Shown here one piece after another: positions 1-8,680 of a stretch of DNA of 64,000 nucleotides; the stretch's first letter is position 1, and each line of letters opens with the position of its first letter. Under the pieces are notes generated by a model. It had not been told where the DNA came from. It saw only the letters and a list, made by a program, of their open reading frames with translations, and searched no databases. The stretch is taken from positions 1,023 through 65,022 of IMG/VR virus record IMGVR_UViG_3300044712_000264. The stretch is one strand, 5' to 3'. The DNA comes from a virus. Taxonomy: Duplodnaviria > Caudoviricetes. Made by a program: the position numbers and the translations under genes.

Positions 1-633
1 GTCTGGGTTGTCGCTCGTTAGCCACCACTGGCCATCGTCACGCACTAAGCGTTTTACGACCACCTCGCCCTCGTAAGACACCAGGAACGCAATACCCTGC
101 TTGGGATGCTTCTGTTCAGTGTTGATAACGATCAAATCGCCATCGAACAGACTGGGCACCATGCTCTCACCGGATACCCGAATGGCGATCATTCTGTCTG
201 GCCTGTAACCTTTTGACTCATACCAATCACGCCGAAAGAAGATAGGCGGGCGTTCTTCGTCCACATAATCGACTGCATATCCAGTCACCCCAGCCTTGGC
301 TGAGATGTTCACCCTACGGATGGCCGGATAGTCCGGGTTGTTCTCAAGGTCTATCAATTCAGTAGTGCGTCCCGCACGTAGCATGCTGGCTAGAGCTGGA
401 TTTGATGGTTTCGCACCTGGGGCTAGTAGGTAGGTCGTTGTTTCTGCCATAAGTTCAGAAACACTTATCCCCATGAAGGCAGCAACAGCAGGCTGGTTTT
501 TGCGTGTTGGTGCTGTGACGCCGAGTTCCCATTGCTGCACTGCCCCACGCGACACGCCAACCGCATCACCAAATTGCTGATGCGTCATCCGGCGTGACTC
601 GCGGAAATTCTTAATGAGTGTGCTGTAAGACAT
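1..633 (-). CDS. cI: CI-like repressor (HTH + S24 peptidase), 3'-truncated by window edge
   Basis: Manual translation MSYSTLIKNFRESRRMTHQQFGDAVGVSRGAVQQWELG (XRE HTH) followed by IRVSGESMVPSLFDGDLIVIN (S24 autocleavage domain); divergent from a cro-like gene. Confidence 0.9.
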   Translation of the reverse strand, partial: MSYSTLIKNFRESRRMTHQQFGDAVGVSRGAVQQWELGVTAPTRKNQPAVAAFMGISVSELMAETTTYLLAPGAKPSNPALASMLRAGRTTELIDLENNPDYPAIRRVNISAKAGVTGYAVDYVDEERPPIFFRRDWYESKGYRPDRMIAIRVSGESMVPSLFDGDLIVINTEQKHPKQGIAFLVSYEGEVVVKRLVRDDGQWWLTSDNPD

Positions 634-694
634 TTTTACTATCTTATCTGCTAGGGTATCTTGCAAAGCAAGAAAATCTAGCTAGAATCAGCGT
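634..694. promoter_or_regulatory. Immunity switch: divergent promoters with two 15-bp operators
   Basis: GCTAGGGTATCTTGC (650-664) and GCAAGAAAATCTAGC (668-682) fit GCWAG-N5-CTWGC; PR-like TTGCAA(661)-16-TAGAAT(683); both ATGs follow -10-like boxes with no SD (leaderless). Confidence 0.7.
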
Positions 695-937
695 ATGGAA
701 ACAAATCAAATCGACTACGCCATTGAACTCCTTGGAGGTACATCGGAGGCAGTTCGTAAATTGGGACTCAATGGGCACGCTACCGTATACCAGTGGCGCA
801 TCCAGGGCAGAGTGCCAGCAAAGTACTGCCCTGATATTGAGGTGCGCACAGGCATACCGTGCGAACTTTTGAATGCGGATGTTCCGTGGGCGCTGATTCG
901 TGGAACAGAAGCGCAGCAAGAGAAAGAAGCGGCTTGA
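695..937 (+). CDS. cro: Cro-like HTH regulator (YdaS/Cro family)
   Basis: 80 aa, AIELLGGTSEAVRKLG...TVYQWR..GRVP..YCPDIE; divergent from cI. Confidence 0.8.
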   Translation: METNQIDYAIELLGGTSEAVRKLGLNGHATVYQWRIQGRVPAKYCPDIEVRTGIPCELLNADVPWALIRGTEAQQEKEAA

Positions 938-940
938 GCC

Positions 941-1441
941 ATGAAAACAATAACGCTTTCCGATGACATCCATGTCACGATTGATGATGACGATTTTGAT
1001 CGTGTAGCCAAAATAAATTGGGTCCCAGTTCTCTGTGGCAAAAAGACGAAAAAAGTTTATGTAATGGGATGGTGTAAAGAGAAAAAACGCAACTTCTATA
1101 TGCATAGGTTGTTGACTATGGCTAATAGTGGCCAGCTCGTTGACCATATAAATGGAAATCCGCTCGACAACAGAAAGGCAAATCTTAGGATTTGTACACC
1201 TACTGAAAATTGCGGGAACATGCGATGCAATGTAGGGAAGAGTGGGTTCCGTGGAGTTGAAAAAACTCGTAGCGGGAAGTTCAGGGCATACATACAAATG
1301 CATTACAAGAATATGCATCTTGGCGTAAAAGAAACAGCCGAAGAAGCTGCAAGACTGTATGACTTCGCTGCAATTAGACACTTTGGTGAGTTTGCAACAC
1401 TCAATTTCCCCGTCCTGCGCAACCAACACGCTGAGGCATAG
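941..1441 (+). CDS. HNH-AP2 homing endonuclease
   Basis: VDHINGNPLDNRKANLR HNH motif plus SGFRGV...AARLYDFAAIRHFGEFATLNFP AP2 domain; AT-richer than flanks. Confidence 0.9.
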   Translation: MKTITLSDDIHVTIDDDDFDRVAKINWVPVLCGKKTKKVYVMGWCKEKKRNFYMHRLLTMANSGQLVDHINGNPLDNRKANLRICTPTENCGNMRCNVGKSGFRGVEKTRSGKFRAYIQMHYKNMHLGVKETAEEAARLYDFAAIRHFGEFATLNFPVLRNQHAEA

Positions 1442-1639
1442 ATGGAAAAGTGCATCCGCCAACTCCCACAGGTTCGCGTGCCCGAGTCGCTGGAAACCGC
1501 CCTTATGCGCCTGGCAGCGGGACACGAACGCACTCTTTCTGAGTACATCAAGCTGGTACTTAGTCATCATGTTTTTGGTCATGCCGTAACTATCGACGCT
1601 CACGCATCAGATAGCAACCAGGATCGGGCAACGCAATGA
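1442..1639 (+). CDS. Small DNA-binding protein (ribbon-helix-helix-like, cII position)
   Basis: QVRVPESLETALMRLAAGHERTLSEYIKLVL resembles an RHH fold; position after cro. Confidence 0.6.
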   Translation: MEKCIRQLPQVRVPESLETALMRLAAGHERTLSEYIKLVLSHHVFGHAVTIDAHASDSNQDRATQ

Positions 1640-1755
1640 ATTGCATTGGCTACGGAGGCTTAGGCGGTTGCACCGCGTTGCACCGTGACGGTGGGGGGAT
1701 CCTCGCTGTCGGCGCGAAACCGGGCAGCGTGGTGCAACCTCCTAAGCTGATTCGC

Positions 1756-2021
1756 TTGCACACCGCCCAATTCCCGCGCTATACTTACGGTGCCTCGAAA
1801 GAGGTCGGATGTGCAAGTCCGGTGAGACGCGGCAAAAAGCCGCACCCCGCAAGGTCTGCGGCTTTTTCAATTCTGGTCACCAGTTATGGCGGCCCGGATG
1901 GGAGGGTCCAGGCCCTGCCGGTCGCGCTCCGCGTCTCCCGGTCTTGCACACCCATTCGGGCTGCCGCCAAATGTGCAAGTTTGTCGGCAGTTGTTCCACA
2001 GAGACGACTGGAGATGCCATC
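1756..2021 (+). promoter_or_regulatory. c4/ash-type riboregulatory cassette 1 (promoter, a1/b1 targets, terminator, c4 RNA, a2/b2 targets)
   Basis: TTGCAC-18-TATACT; hairpin CGGA-TGTGCAAG-TCCG; GAGACGCGG; terminator AAAAAGCCGCA..TGCGGCTTTTT; downstream TGTGCAAG and GAGACGACTGGAG overlapping the SD. Confidence 0.8.
1887..1969 (+). ncRNA. c4-like antisense RNA 1 (seed CTTGCACA / CCGCGTCTC)
   Basis: Cloverleaf closed by TGGCGGCCCGGATGGG/CCCATTCGGGCTGCCGCCA with loops complementary to the flanking a/b sites. Confidence 0.75.
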
Positions 2022-2474
2022 ATGGCTAAAACAAACTTCGACCTCATTCGAGGTGACTTCCCCGATTCGTGTATTACTGGCAACGGAATTCCTGATGACG
2101 ACGGATACTTACGAATCGGAATTGGTAGCAAAAAAGAGTGCAAAAGGTATTACCTGCACCGCCTCGTATTTCGTGCATTCGTTGGCGAAATACCAGCCAA
2201 GCATGTTGTCATGCACACCTGCGATAACCCGGGATGTATCAACCCGAAGCATCTCAAAGTTGGCACGCACGACGACAACATGCTCGACATGGTTGAAAAA
2301 CGTCGCCACCAGTGGGGACAGGATCACTACAAAGCGAAACTCACAGAAACCCAAGTCAGGGAAATTCGGGAAGACAAGCGACTTCACAAAGAAATCGCTG
2401 CCGAATACGGGATTGTCCGATCAACTGTCTCCAACATCCGCGCAAAACGGATTTGGAAACACTTGGAGGATTAA
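2022..2474 (+). CDS. HNH endonuclease with C-terminal HTH
   Basis: YLHRLVF...VVMHTCDNPGCINPKHLKVGTHDDNM; AKLTETQVREIR tail; GGAG SD before ATG 2022. Confidence 0.85.
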   Translation: MAKTNFDLIRGDFPDSCITGNGIPDDDGYLRIGIGSKKECKRYYLHRLVFRAFVGEIPAKHVVMHTCDNPGCINPKHLKVGTHDDNMLDMVEKRRHQWGQDHYKAKLTETQVREIREDKRLHKEIAAEYGIVRSTVSNIRAKRIWKHLED

Positions 2475-2478
2475 GATC

Positions 2479-3054
2479 ATGTCGCAATCCGTCATCACCA
2501 TCGGTGATTTTTCCGTTCGTCAACACGACGGCCTTTTCTCTCTAAATGATCTTCATAAAGCTGCTGGCGGAGAACTTCGCCATCGCCCAGTCGAATTCAT
2601 ACGACTTGAGCAAACACGGGCGCTTTTGAATGAATTGCAAAAAGGTGGGGATCACCACCTTTTCACGAATACGGTAAAAGGCCGAAACGGTGGAACTTAC
2701 GTTTGCCGTGAACTGGTAATCGCTTACGCGGCCTGGATCAGCGCGGCGTTTCACCTCAAAGTCATTCGGGTGTTTCTCAACGCCAAAGCACACCCCCAGG
2801 TCGCAGCAACCCCCGCACCACCAAAGCGCAACGTGATTCGCTGCAAAGTCGAGTCCGTCTCCGTCACCATGCGCTTGACCAGCGGCGGCGTGGGCTTCGG
2901 CATCCGACTCCAGGGCGACCACTACAACATGCACCGCTTCACACCCGGCGAGTCCATCGAACTCGAATACGCACAAGGCGCAACTCCCCTGGCTGATTTG
3001 CCTATAGGCGTGAACAGGATCGCACAACCAGGCAGGAAGGCCGCTACAGCATGA
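2479..3054 (+). CDS. KilA-N domain antirepressor-like protein
   Basis: VRQHDGLFSLNDLHKAAGG...GGTYVCRELVIAYAAWISAAFHLKVIRVF is KilA-N; GGAGG SD before ATG 2479. Confidence 0.85.
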   Translation: MSQSVITIGDFSVRQHDGLFSLNDLHKAAGGELRHRPVEFIRLEQTRALLNELQKGGDHHLFTNTVKGRNGGTYVCRELVIAYAAWISAAFHLKVIRVFLNAKAHPQVAATPAPPKRNVIRCKVESVSVTMRLTSGGVGFGIRLQGDHYNMHRFTPGESIELEYAQGATPLADLPIGVNRIAQPGRKAATA

Positions 3055-3153
3055 TTTTCAACCCGGCTAGGTTCGCTACCGAAAAGCGGCTACTCCACCC
3101 GCCTGCCGGGGTGTTCTATGTGGGGGGACTATTGTTTTCTGGAGAAAAACAGT

Positions 3154-4077
3154 ATGCGTGATTACGGGAAAGTCCATACGTCATTTTGGACAAGCCCAAA
3201 CATTAGAGCGCTTTCAGATGATGGCCGTGCGCTGGCAATATATTTGTTGACATGCCCACACGGGACCATTGCCGGGGTATTCAGACTGCCAGATGGATAC
3301 GCTTGTGATGACTTGCAATGGGATTCTAAAAGGATAAAAAAAACCCTTTCGGAACTGTTGGCGAACGGTTTCGCAACCCGTTGCGAAGCTACAAAATGGG
3401 TATGGGTAACGAAACATTTCGTATGGAATCCACCAGAAAACCCAAATCAAAAAAAATCTGCATTAAAGGTTGTCATGCAAATTCCAGACGAGTGTTCATG
3501 GAAGGCTGATTTCATTGGTAAATGTGGCATTTATTTCGGAATTGATCCGTCCAAATCAGAACACTTGCGAAACCCTTCTGAAACCCTTCCAGAACCCTTG
3601 CCTAATCAGGAACAGGAACAGGATATAAACATCCTTACGTCCGTAGCCGACGGAATTTTGTCGCCGGACAAGCCGACGACCGCAGTGGAGCAAGCAACTG
3701 CCGATCAATCGACAAAGGCAAATACCTCACCTGCACCACGATTTCCGCCTTGCCCAGCTGAGCAAATCGTCGAGCTGTACCGGGAGGCGTTGCCGGAACT
3801 CCCCAACGTCCGGGTCATGGTTGACGACCGCAAACGTGCCATCAAAAAACGCTGGGAATGGGTGCTGTCGAGCACCAGACCAGACGGAAGCCGCCGGGCA
3901 GAAAACGCACAACAGGCGGTTGACTGGTTCCGGGATTTCTTCGAGTTGGCCCGAGAAAACGATTTCCTCATGGGCAGAACTCCCAAAGCAACCGGGCACA
4001 AAGGATGGACATGCGACATTGATTTTTTGATGACTGACAAAGGTTTGACGCAAGTTTTAGAAAAGGCAACAGCATGA
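3154..4077 (+). CDS. Replication initiator (lambda O-like)
   Basis: MRDYGKVHTSFWTS..ALAIYLLTCPH N-terminal wHTH type; QEQEQ linker; WTCDIDFLM C-terminus; directly upstream of DnaB. Confidence 0.8.
   Translation: MRDYGKVHTSFWTSPNIRALSDDGRALAIYLLTCPHGTIAGVFRLPDGYACDDLQWDSKRIKKTLSELLANGFATRCEATKWVWVTKHFVWNPPENPNQKKSALKVVMQIPDECSWKADFIGKCGIYFGIDPSKSEHLRNPSETLPEPLPNQEQEQDINILTSVADGILSPDKPTTAVEQATADQSTKANTSPAPRFPPCPAEQIVELYREALPELPNVRVMVDDRKRAIKKRWEWVLSSTRPDGSRRAENAQQAVDWFRDFFELARENDFLMGRTPKATGHKGWTCDIDFLMTDKGLTQVLEKATA
3558..3625 (+). repeat. Iteron-like 11-bp-periodic repeats (putative origin inside initiator gene)
   Basis: GAACACTT / GAAACCCTT / GAAACCCTT / GAACCCTT at ~11-bp spacing followed by (CAGGAA)n. 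Confidence 0.55.
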
Positions 4078-5408
4078 ATCAAGAGATTTGCAACCTTGAA
4101 GCCGAAAACGCGCTTATTGGCGGGCTGCTGTTAGACAACCGTGCATTTGATTTGATCGACGAAAGCCTCAAGCCTGAGCATTTTTCCAACGAGTTGACTC
4201 GCATGGTTTTTGCAGAAATTGCACGGCAAATTTCCTCCGGGAAACTGTGTGACCCCGTTACCGTTTTTCATGCCATGGAAAACCGGATTTCAATGCAAAA
4301 ACTAAACGAGTTCCCGCAGTACATGCCAAGCGCTTCCAGCATCCGGCGCTACGCAGGGATCGTAATTGAGCGCGCAAAGAGCCGGTCTCTTTTGTCGGTA
4401 AGCGCGGAAATTTCCGGTTTTGCACATGACCATAGCCGATCAATAGCAGAACGCATCGAGTCAGCTCAAGGACAGCTTGTGAAGCTCATGGACGAAGCGC
4501 CACGCGATGAGTGGGTGAGCGCTTATGACGGTATGGTCCAGCACACGCAAACCCTGGATGACAGGGCGGATGGAAAGGTTAAAGCGTGGGCGACTGGGCT
4601 TGTCGATGTTGATGACTACCTTGAAGGTGGATTGCGCCCTGGCGAGCTTGTGATTATTGGCGCGCGCCCAAGTATGGGGAAAACAGCGCTGGCCATGACT
4701 ATCGGCCTGAACATGGCCCGCGATCATGTGGTTTCCATGCTTTCGATGGAGATGCCACACAGCGAACTGCGCGACCGTCAAATTGCAATTTTGGGTGGTG
4801 TGAGCTTGTCAGATGTGAAACGACCTAGCAAAAACGGCCTGAACTGGGAGAGAGTTTCGCATGGGATTGATTGTGCAAAAAGGCTTAACTTTTACGCATC
4901 AGACCAAGGCGGATTGAACATCAACCAAGTGCGCAGCAAGGCCAGGAACATAAAGCGATTGCATGGGCTGCATGTGTTGATCGTGGATTACATCGGCCTG
5001 ATGTCTGGAATTGACTCAAAGCAAAGCCGGGTCTATCAACTGGAAGAAATCAGCCGTGGCCTCAAAACGCTCGCCAAAGAGCTTGGAATCTCCGTTGTGT
5101 GCCTTGCACAGCTTAATCGCAAAGTTGAAGAGCGGACAGATTCGACTCCACAGCTTGGGGACTTCCGCGACTCTGGCGCGATTGAGCAAGACGCAGACAC
5201 CGTGATTTTTGTTCATCGTCCAATCCAGGCGAAACCGGACATGGGGCCAGAGTGGACAAACTACGCCAAGGCCAGCATTGCGAAAAATAGAAATGGTCGC
5301 TGCGGTGTTGTCAACCTGTTTTATCAAGGCTCGCAAACAAAGTTTGGATCGTGGTCCGGACCTGCACCGTCATCCACAACATCAACAGTCAAAGGGAGGA
5401 ATTTGTAA
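4074..5408 (+). CDS. dnaB: Replicative DNA helicase, DnaB family
   Basis: IGARPSMGKT Walker A, IVDYIGL, LAQLNR, DFRDSGAIEQDAD, IAKNRNG. Confidence 0.95.
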   Translation: MNQEICNLEAENALIGGLLLDNRAFDLIDESLKPEHFSNELTRMVFAEIARQISSGKLCDPVTVFHAMENRISMQKLNEFPQYMPSASSIRRYAGIVIERAKSRSLLSVSAEISGFAHDHSRSIAERIESAQGQLVKLMDEAPRDEWVSAYDGMVQHTQTLDDRADGKVKAWATGLVDVDDYLEGGLRPGELVIIGARPSMGKTALAMTIGLNMARDHVVSMLSMEMPHSELRDRQIAILGGVSLSDVKRPSKNGLNWERVSHGIDCAKRLNFYASDQGGLNINQVRSKARNIKRLHGLHVLIVDYIGLMSGIDSKQSRVYQLEEISRGLKTLAKELGISVVCLAQLNRKVEERTDSTPQLGDFRDSGAIEQDADTVIFVHRPIQAKPDMGPEWTNYAKASIAKNRNGRCGVVNLFYQGSQTKFGSWSGPAPSSTTSTVKGRNL

Positions 5409-5638
5409 TGTCTGAATCTTCTGTTGATCTTACAAACCAATGGGTATTGCTGTGGAGTCAAAAGCAAAACGCCCTGCACGTTGAAACGCTTCCAGAAACA
5501 TTGGCCATCAATCGACGCGCATGTATCCACAACAAGCCAGGAGATTACCGGGTATTGATGATTGGAAGCCATGAAGATGTATCTGCTACATCGCGGTCCT
5601 TTGTGCAAATGCTCCAACAACGTCGGAGCGCAGCATGA
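5408..5638 (+). CDS. Hypothetical protein
   Basis: ATG overlaps dnaB stop, GGAGG SD. Confidence 0.6.
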   Translation: MSESSVDLTNQWVLLWSQKQNALHVETLPETLAINRRACIHNKPGDYRVLMIGSHEDVSATSRSFVQMLQQRRSAA

Positions 5639-6081
5639 ACAAGTGGGACGCAATCCGAGAGTTTTACCGCATCAACCTGCCAAAGATCATGGCTGAAAAG
5701 CGCAACGAGTGGGGAATTGATCCTTACGCATGGGATGAAGGAAAAGGCATCATTTTTTTTACGCCGATTGAGCAATGGCTGTGGCACGACATTCGTGCGG
5801 TAGATGTTGTGCTTTATCCGCAATTTCCAATTGGCAAATTCTTTGTTGATTTTGCAAATCCAGTCGCAAAAGTCGCCATCGAATGTGATGGACAGGCGTT
5901 TCATCTCGACAAAGAAAAAGACGCAAAACGTGATGCGGGGCTACGTGAAGCTGGATGGCACGTTTACCGCATAAGTGGCAGCGATTGCCGCAGAGACTTT
6001 GACGAAGAAACGATGACCAGCAGCGTTGCACACAATTTCATTACCGACATTGCCCGTACTCATGGGATTGCCAGGGCGTGA
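5635..6081 (+). CDS. DUF559/Vsr-like endonuclease
   Basis: PQFPIGKFFVDFA...VAIECDGQAFH...RDAGLREAGWHVYRISG. Confidence 0.85.
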   Translation: MNKWDAIREFYRINLPKIMAEKRNEWGIDPYAWDEGKGIIFFTPIEQWLWHDIRAVDVVLYPQFPIGKFFVDFANPVAKVAIECDGQAFHLDKEKDAKRDAGLREAGWHVYRISGSDCRRDFDEETMTSSVAHNFITDIARTHGIARA

Positions 6082-6377
6082 CTATCGAATGCCAATCATG
6101 CCAACACGCCAACAACACGCCCATCAGCGGCCAGTACAACGTCAATTGCATCCAGTGCATGGCGCGAATGATCGTCAACGCACGCCCGAGCAAGGCGATG
6201 CAGGAGCGCCAGATTGCGTTTCTGCAACGTCATCACAAAAACGCTTGGCTTGATCTGTGGCCACAAATCCAAAACCAACTCAAACAGAGGAACAACACCA
6301 ATGCACCACCCATACCCGGACCCACAAGTCCATCCCTCCCCGCACAGCCGGGCACATCCGCAACACGCCAGCGCTGA
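6078..6377 (+). CDS. Hypothetical Cys-rich protein
   Basis: Two CxxC pairs; GTGA overlap with upstream stop. Confidence 0.55.
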   Translation: MTIECQSCQHANNTPISGQYNVNCIQCMARMIVNARPSKAMQERQIAFLQRHHKNAWLDLWPQIQNQLKQRNNTNAPPIPGPTSPSLPAQPGTSATRQR

Positions 6378-6482
6378 CGAAAAAGCCAGTTTGCTAAACC
6401 GCTACTGCGGCCCAGGGCAGACTGACTGCCCGGTGTTGAGCGATGAATACGACATGGAAGTCGGGCTGGCGGGAGCGCTGCA

Positions 6483-6662
6483 ATGATCGAGCAGGACGAC
6501 CTCCGCGATCTGACGATGGCAATTGTCCTTGGCGGCATCATGGCAAAAGTGGCTCACTCGGCTATGCCCCCCAGCAGCATACATGCCGCTGTCTCGCTCG
6601 CCATGCAAGTTGCTGACGTGGCAATGCAAGAGCGGTACAAGCAGGCTGAGGTTGTGGAATGA
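6483..6662 (+). CDS. Small hypothetical protein
   Basis: MIEQDDLRDLTMAIVLGGIM..., ATGA-coupled at both ends; below ORF-track cutoff. Confidence 0.5.
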   Translation: MIEQDDLRDLTMAIVLGGIMAKVAHSAMPPSSIHAAVSLAMQVADVAMQERYKQAEVVE

Positions 6663-7015
6663 ACTGCACTCTCACACTCCCTTGGCCACCAAAACAGCTC
6701 TCGCCTAATGCCCGCATCCATTGGGCGACTCGCGCAAGGCATGCTAAAGGCTATAAATCGGCTTGCTATGCCATCACAAAGAGTGCCGGGCTACTACCCC
6801 CTTGCCCCACAGGGGAAATCGCTCTGAGGCTTGATTTTTTCGCACCTACTCGACGCAAGAGGGACTTAGACAACTTGCTTGCCAGCATGAAGGCTGGTCT
6901 TGATGGTGTGGCGTGGGCGCTGGGCGTTGACGATTCGCGGTTCACATTCGCTATCGCGCTGGCGGATGAGGTTGGTGGATTCGTAAAACTGCACATTGGA
7001 GATTCTGAACAATGA
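6659..7015 (+). CDS. rusA: RusA-like Holliday junction resolvase
   Basis: LTLPWPP..LSPN; RRKRDLDNLLASMKAGLDG..LGVDDSRF. Confidence 0.8.
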   Translation: MNCTLTLPWPPKQLSPNARIHWATRARHAKGYKSACYAITKSAGLLPPCPTGEIALRLDFFAPTRRKRDLDNLLASMKAGLDGVAWALGVDDSRFTFAIALADEVGGFVKLHIGDSEQ

Positions 7016-7476
7016 ACATCAACATCCAACAACTTCACACTAACGCCAAAGTTCCAACTTACGCACATCACGGCGATGCCTGCTTTGATCTTTACGCGGC
7101 CACTGTAGACGGGAATACGCACATCGGAAAGATCGTCTATGAAGGCGCGCCGGTTGTGTGTGGCACCGGATGGTCTTTCGAGATCCCGGCAGACCATGCC
7201 ATGCTCGTATTCAGCCGCAGCGGGCACGGGTTCAATTACGACCTTCGGCTGGCCAATTGCGTGGGCATCGTGGACGCTGGATACCGGGGAGAAGTAATGG
7301 TGAAGCTCACCTGCGATGCGCCGGATGATGATGTATCGCCGCCCTACAAAATCAATCCGGGTGATCGCATAGCCCAGGCAATGATTATCCCTGTTGAGCG
7401 CGTTTCGTTTGATGTGGTGGATGAGCTGTCAGAAACGGAGCGTGGGGATGGCGGGCTTGGGAGTTCTGGGCTATGA
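7012..7476 (+). CDS. dut: dUTPase (trimeric)
   Basis: ACFDL, SRSG, GIVDAGYRGEV, GDRIAQ, RGDGGLGSSG motifs. Confidence 0.95.
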   Translation: MNINIQQLHTNAKVPTYAHHGDACFDLYAATVDGNTHIGKIVYEGAPVVCGTGWSFEIPADHAMLVFSRSGHGFNYDLRLANCVGIVDAGYRGEVMVKLTCDAPDDDVSPPYKINPGDRIAQAMIIPVERVSFDVVDELSETERGDGGLGSSGL

Positions 7477-7617
7477 CGCCACCAGTTGAAAAGTACGGCT
7501 GTTTTAATCGCCCGCCAATCGTCACATTCGGCCAGCAGGATTGTCAATTTACACGGACCTGGCTTGGCATGCACGACCCGAAGTGCGAAGGCTGCAAACA
7601 CAAGGAGCAAAGAACTG

Positions 7618-7962
7618 ATGGACAAAACACCGAAACTCACGAACCAGCTCGTATTTGAGTGCATCCAGGATTTGCACAATCGAGAGAAGCCAGCAACACG
7701 GGAGCACCTGGCGTCTCGCTTCGGCGTGGCACTGATGGTTGTGGACCATCACATCAAGCAGCTGCTTTCGTCGGACAGGATTGTCAAAATCAAATCTGGC
7801 GTGTACACACCAGCGTTTGTCGAGCCTCAGTCACGCCCAGTCAGCACGACTTTTCTCAACAACGGATTTATCAAGCTCGAAATCGGGGATGACGTGTTGC
7901 AGCTCACGCCGAGTGAGAGCAAGAAGGTTGCCCTTGCTATGGCTGGGTTGGTGGCTGTGTAA
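7618..7962 (+). CDS. Winged-helix protein, candidate late-gene activator
   Basis: ATREHLASRFGVALMVVDHHIKQLLSSDRIVKIKSGVY wHTH-like; last early gene before the first late promoter. Confidence 0.55.
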   Translation: MDKTPKLTNQLVFECIQDLHNREKPATREHLASRFGVALMVVDHHIKQLLSSDRIVKIKSGVYTPAFVEPQSRPVSTTFLNNGFIKLEIGDDVLQLTPSESKKVALAMAGLVAV

Positions 7963-7966
7963 TTTA

Positions 7967-8001
7967 CAGAGTTTGACTAGACGCTTGACGCTGCGCAATA
8001 T
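7967..8001 (+). promoter_or_regulatory. Late promoter 1 (terS, leaderless)
   Basis: CAGAGT-TTGACT-17-CAATAT, ATG 8 nt later. Confidence 0.65.
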
Positions 8002-8009
8002 TCGCAGCT

Positions 8010-8678
8010 ATGGAAAAAGCAGCGCCAAGGAAAAAGCGTAAGACAGACTGGGACGCGGTAGAGCGAGATTACCGTACGGGGAAATTCACAAGTCGTGAAC
8101 TGGCTGAAAAATATCAGGTGAGTTTCAGCCTGATAGCCCGGAACGCCAAGAAGCACGGATGGACTCAAGACCTAGCTACTGCTATTCGACAAGCTACCAA
8201 CGCAAAGTTAATTGACGATCTTGTAAGCCGAGAAGTTCACGGAACTTCACAAAAAGTACACAACACAATCGAGGCCGCAGCCGATGTAAATGTCGGAGTA
8301 ATCCTCGGGCATCGAGTCGGCCTAAAGCGAATCACAACAATCAAAGAGCTGCTGCTAGACCAGGTTGAGCAAGCAACCATAAACATGGTTGACCTGGCCG
8401 ATGTGATCGAGATGGTGCGAAACCCGGACGAAAACGGGATTGATCGGGCGAATGATGCGCTCAAGAAAGCAATGGGTCGCAGTGCATTGGTGGATGATCT
8501 CAAGAAGCTGACCGATGTGGATGAAAAGGTTCGCAAAGGTGAGCGAGAGGCGTTCAGTATTGACAGCACACCCCCTGCCGAAGCCGATGCGTTCACGACG
8601 CTACTGCTCAAAATCAGCACAGGCAACAGTTCATCATTCCAGCCAGTGCAGCAAGACCCTGCGCACGACGAGGACTGA
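8010..8678 (+). CDS. terS: Terminase small subunit
   Basis: DWDAVERDYRTG..S.RELAEKY HTH; directly upstream of terL. Confidence 0.8.
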   Translation: MEKAAPRKKRKTDWDAVERDYRTGKFTSRELAEKYQVSFSLIARNAKKHGWTQDLATAIRQATNAKLIDDLVSREVHGTSQKVHNTIEAAADVNVGVILGHRVGLKRITTIKELLLDQVEQATINMVDLADVIEMVRNPDENGIDRANDALKKAMGRSALVDDLKKLTDVDEKVRKGEREAFSIDSTPPAEADAFTTLLLKISTGNSSSFQPVQQDPAHDED

Positions 8679-8680
8679 CC

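Noticed and set aside
644-1603. 319-aa minus-strand ORF
   Set aside because: Antisense shadow of cro, HNH-AP2 and the RHH gene; no recognisable motifs
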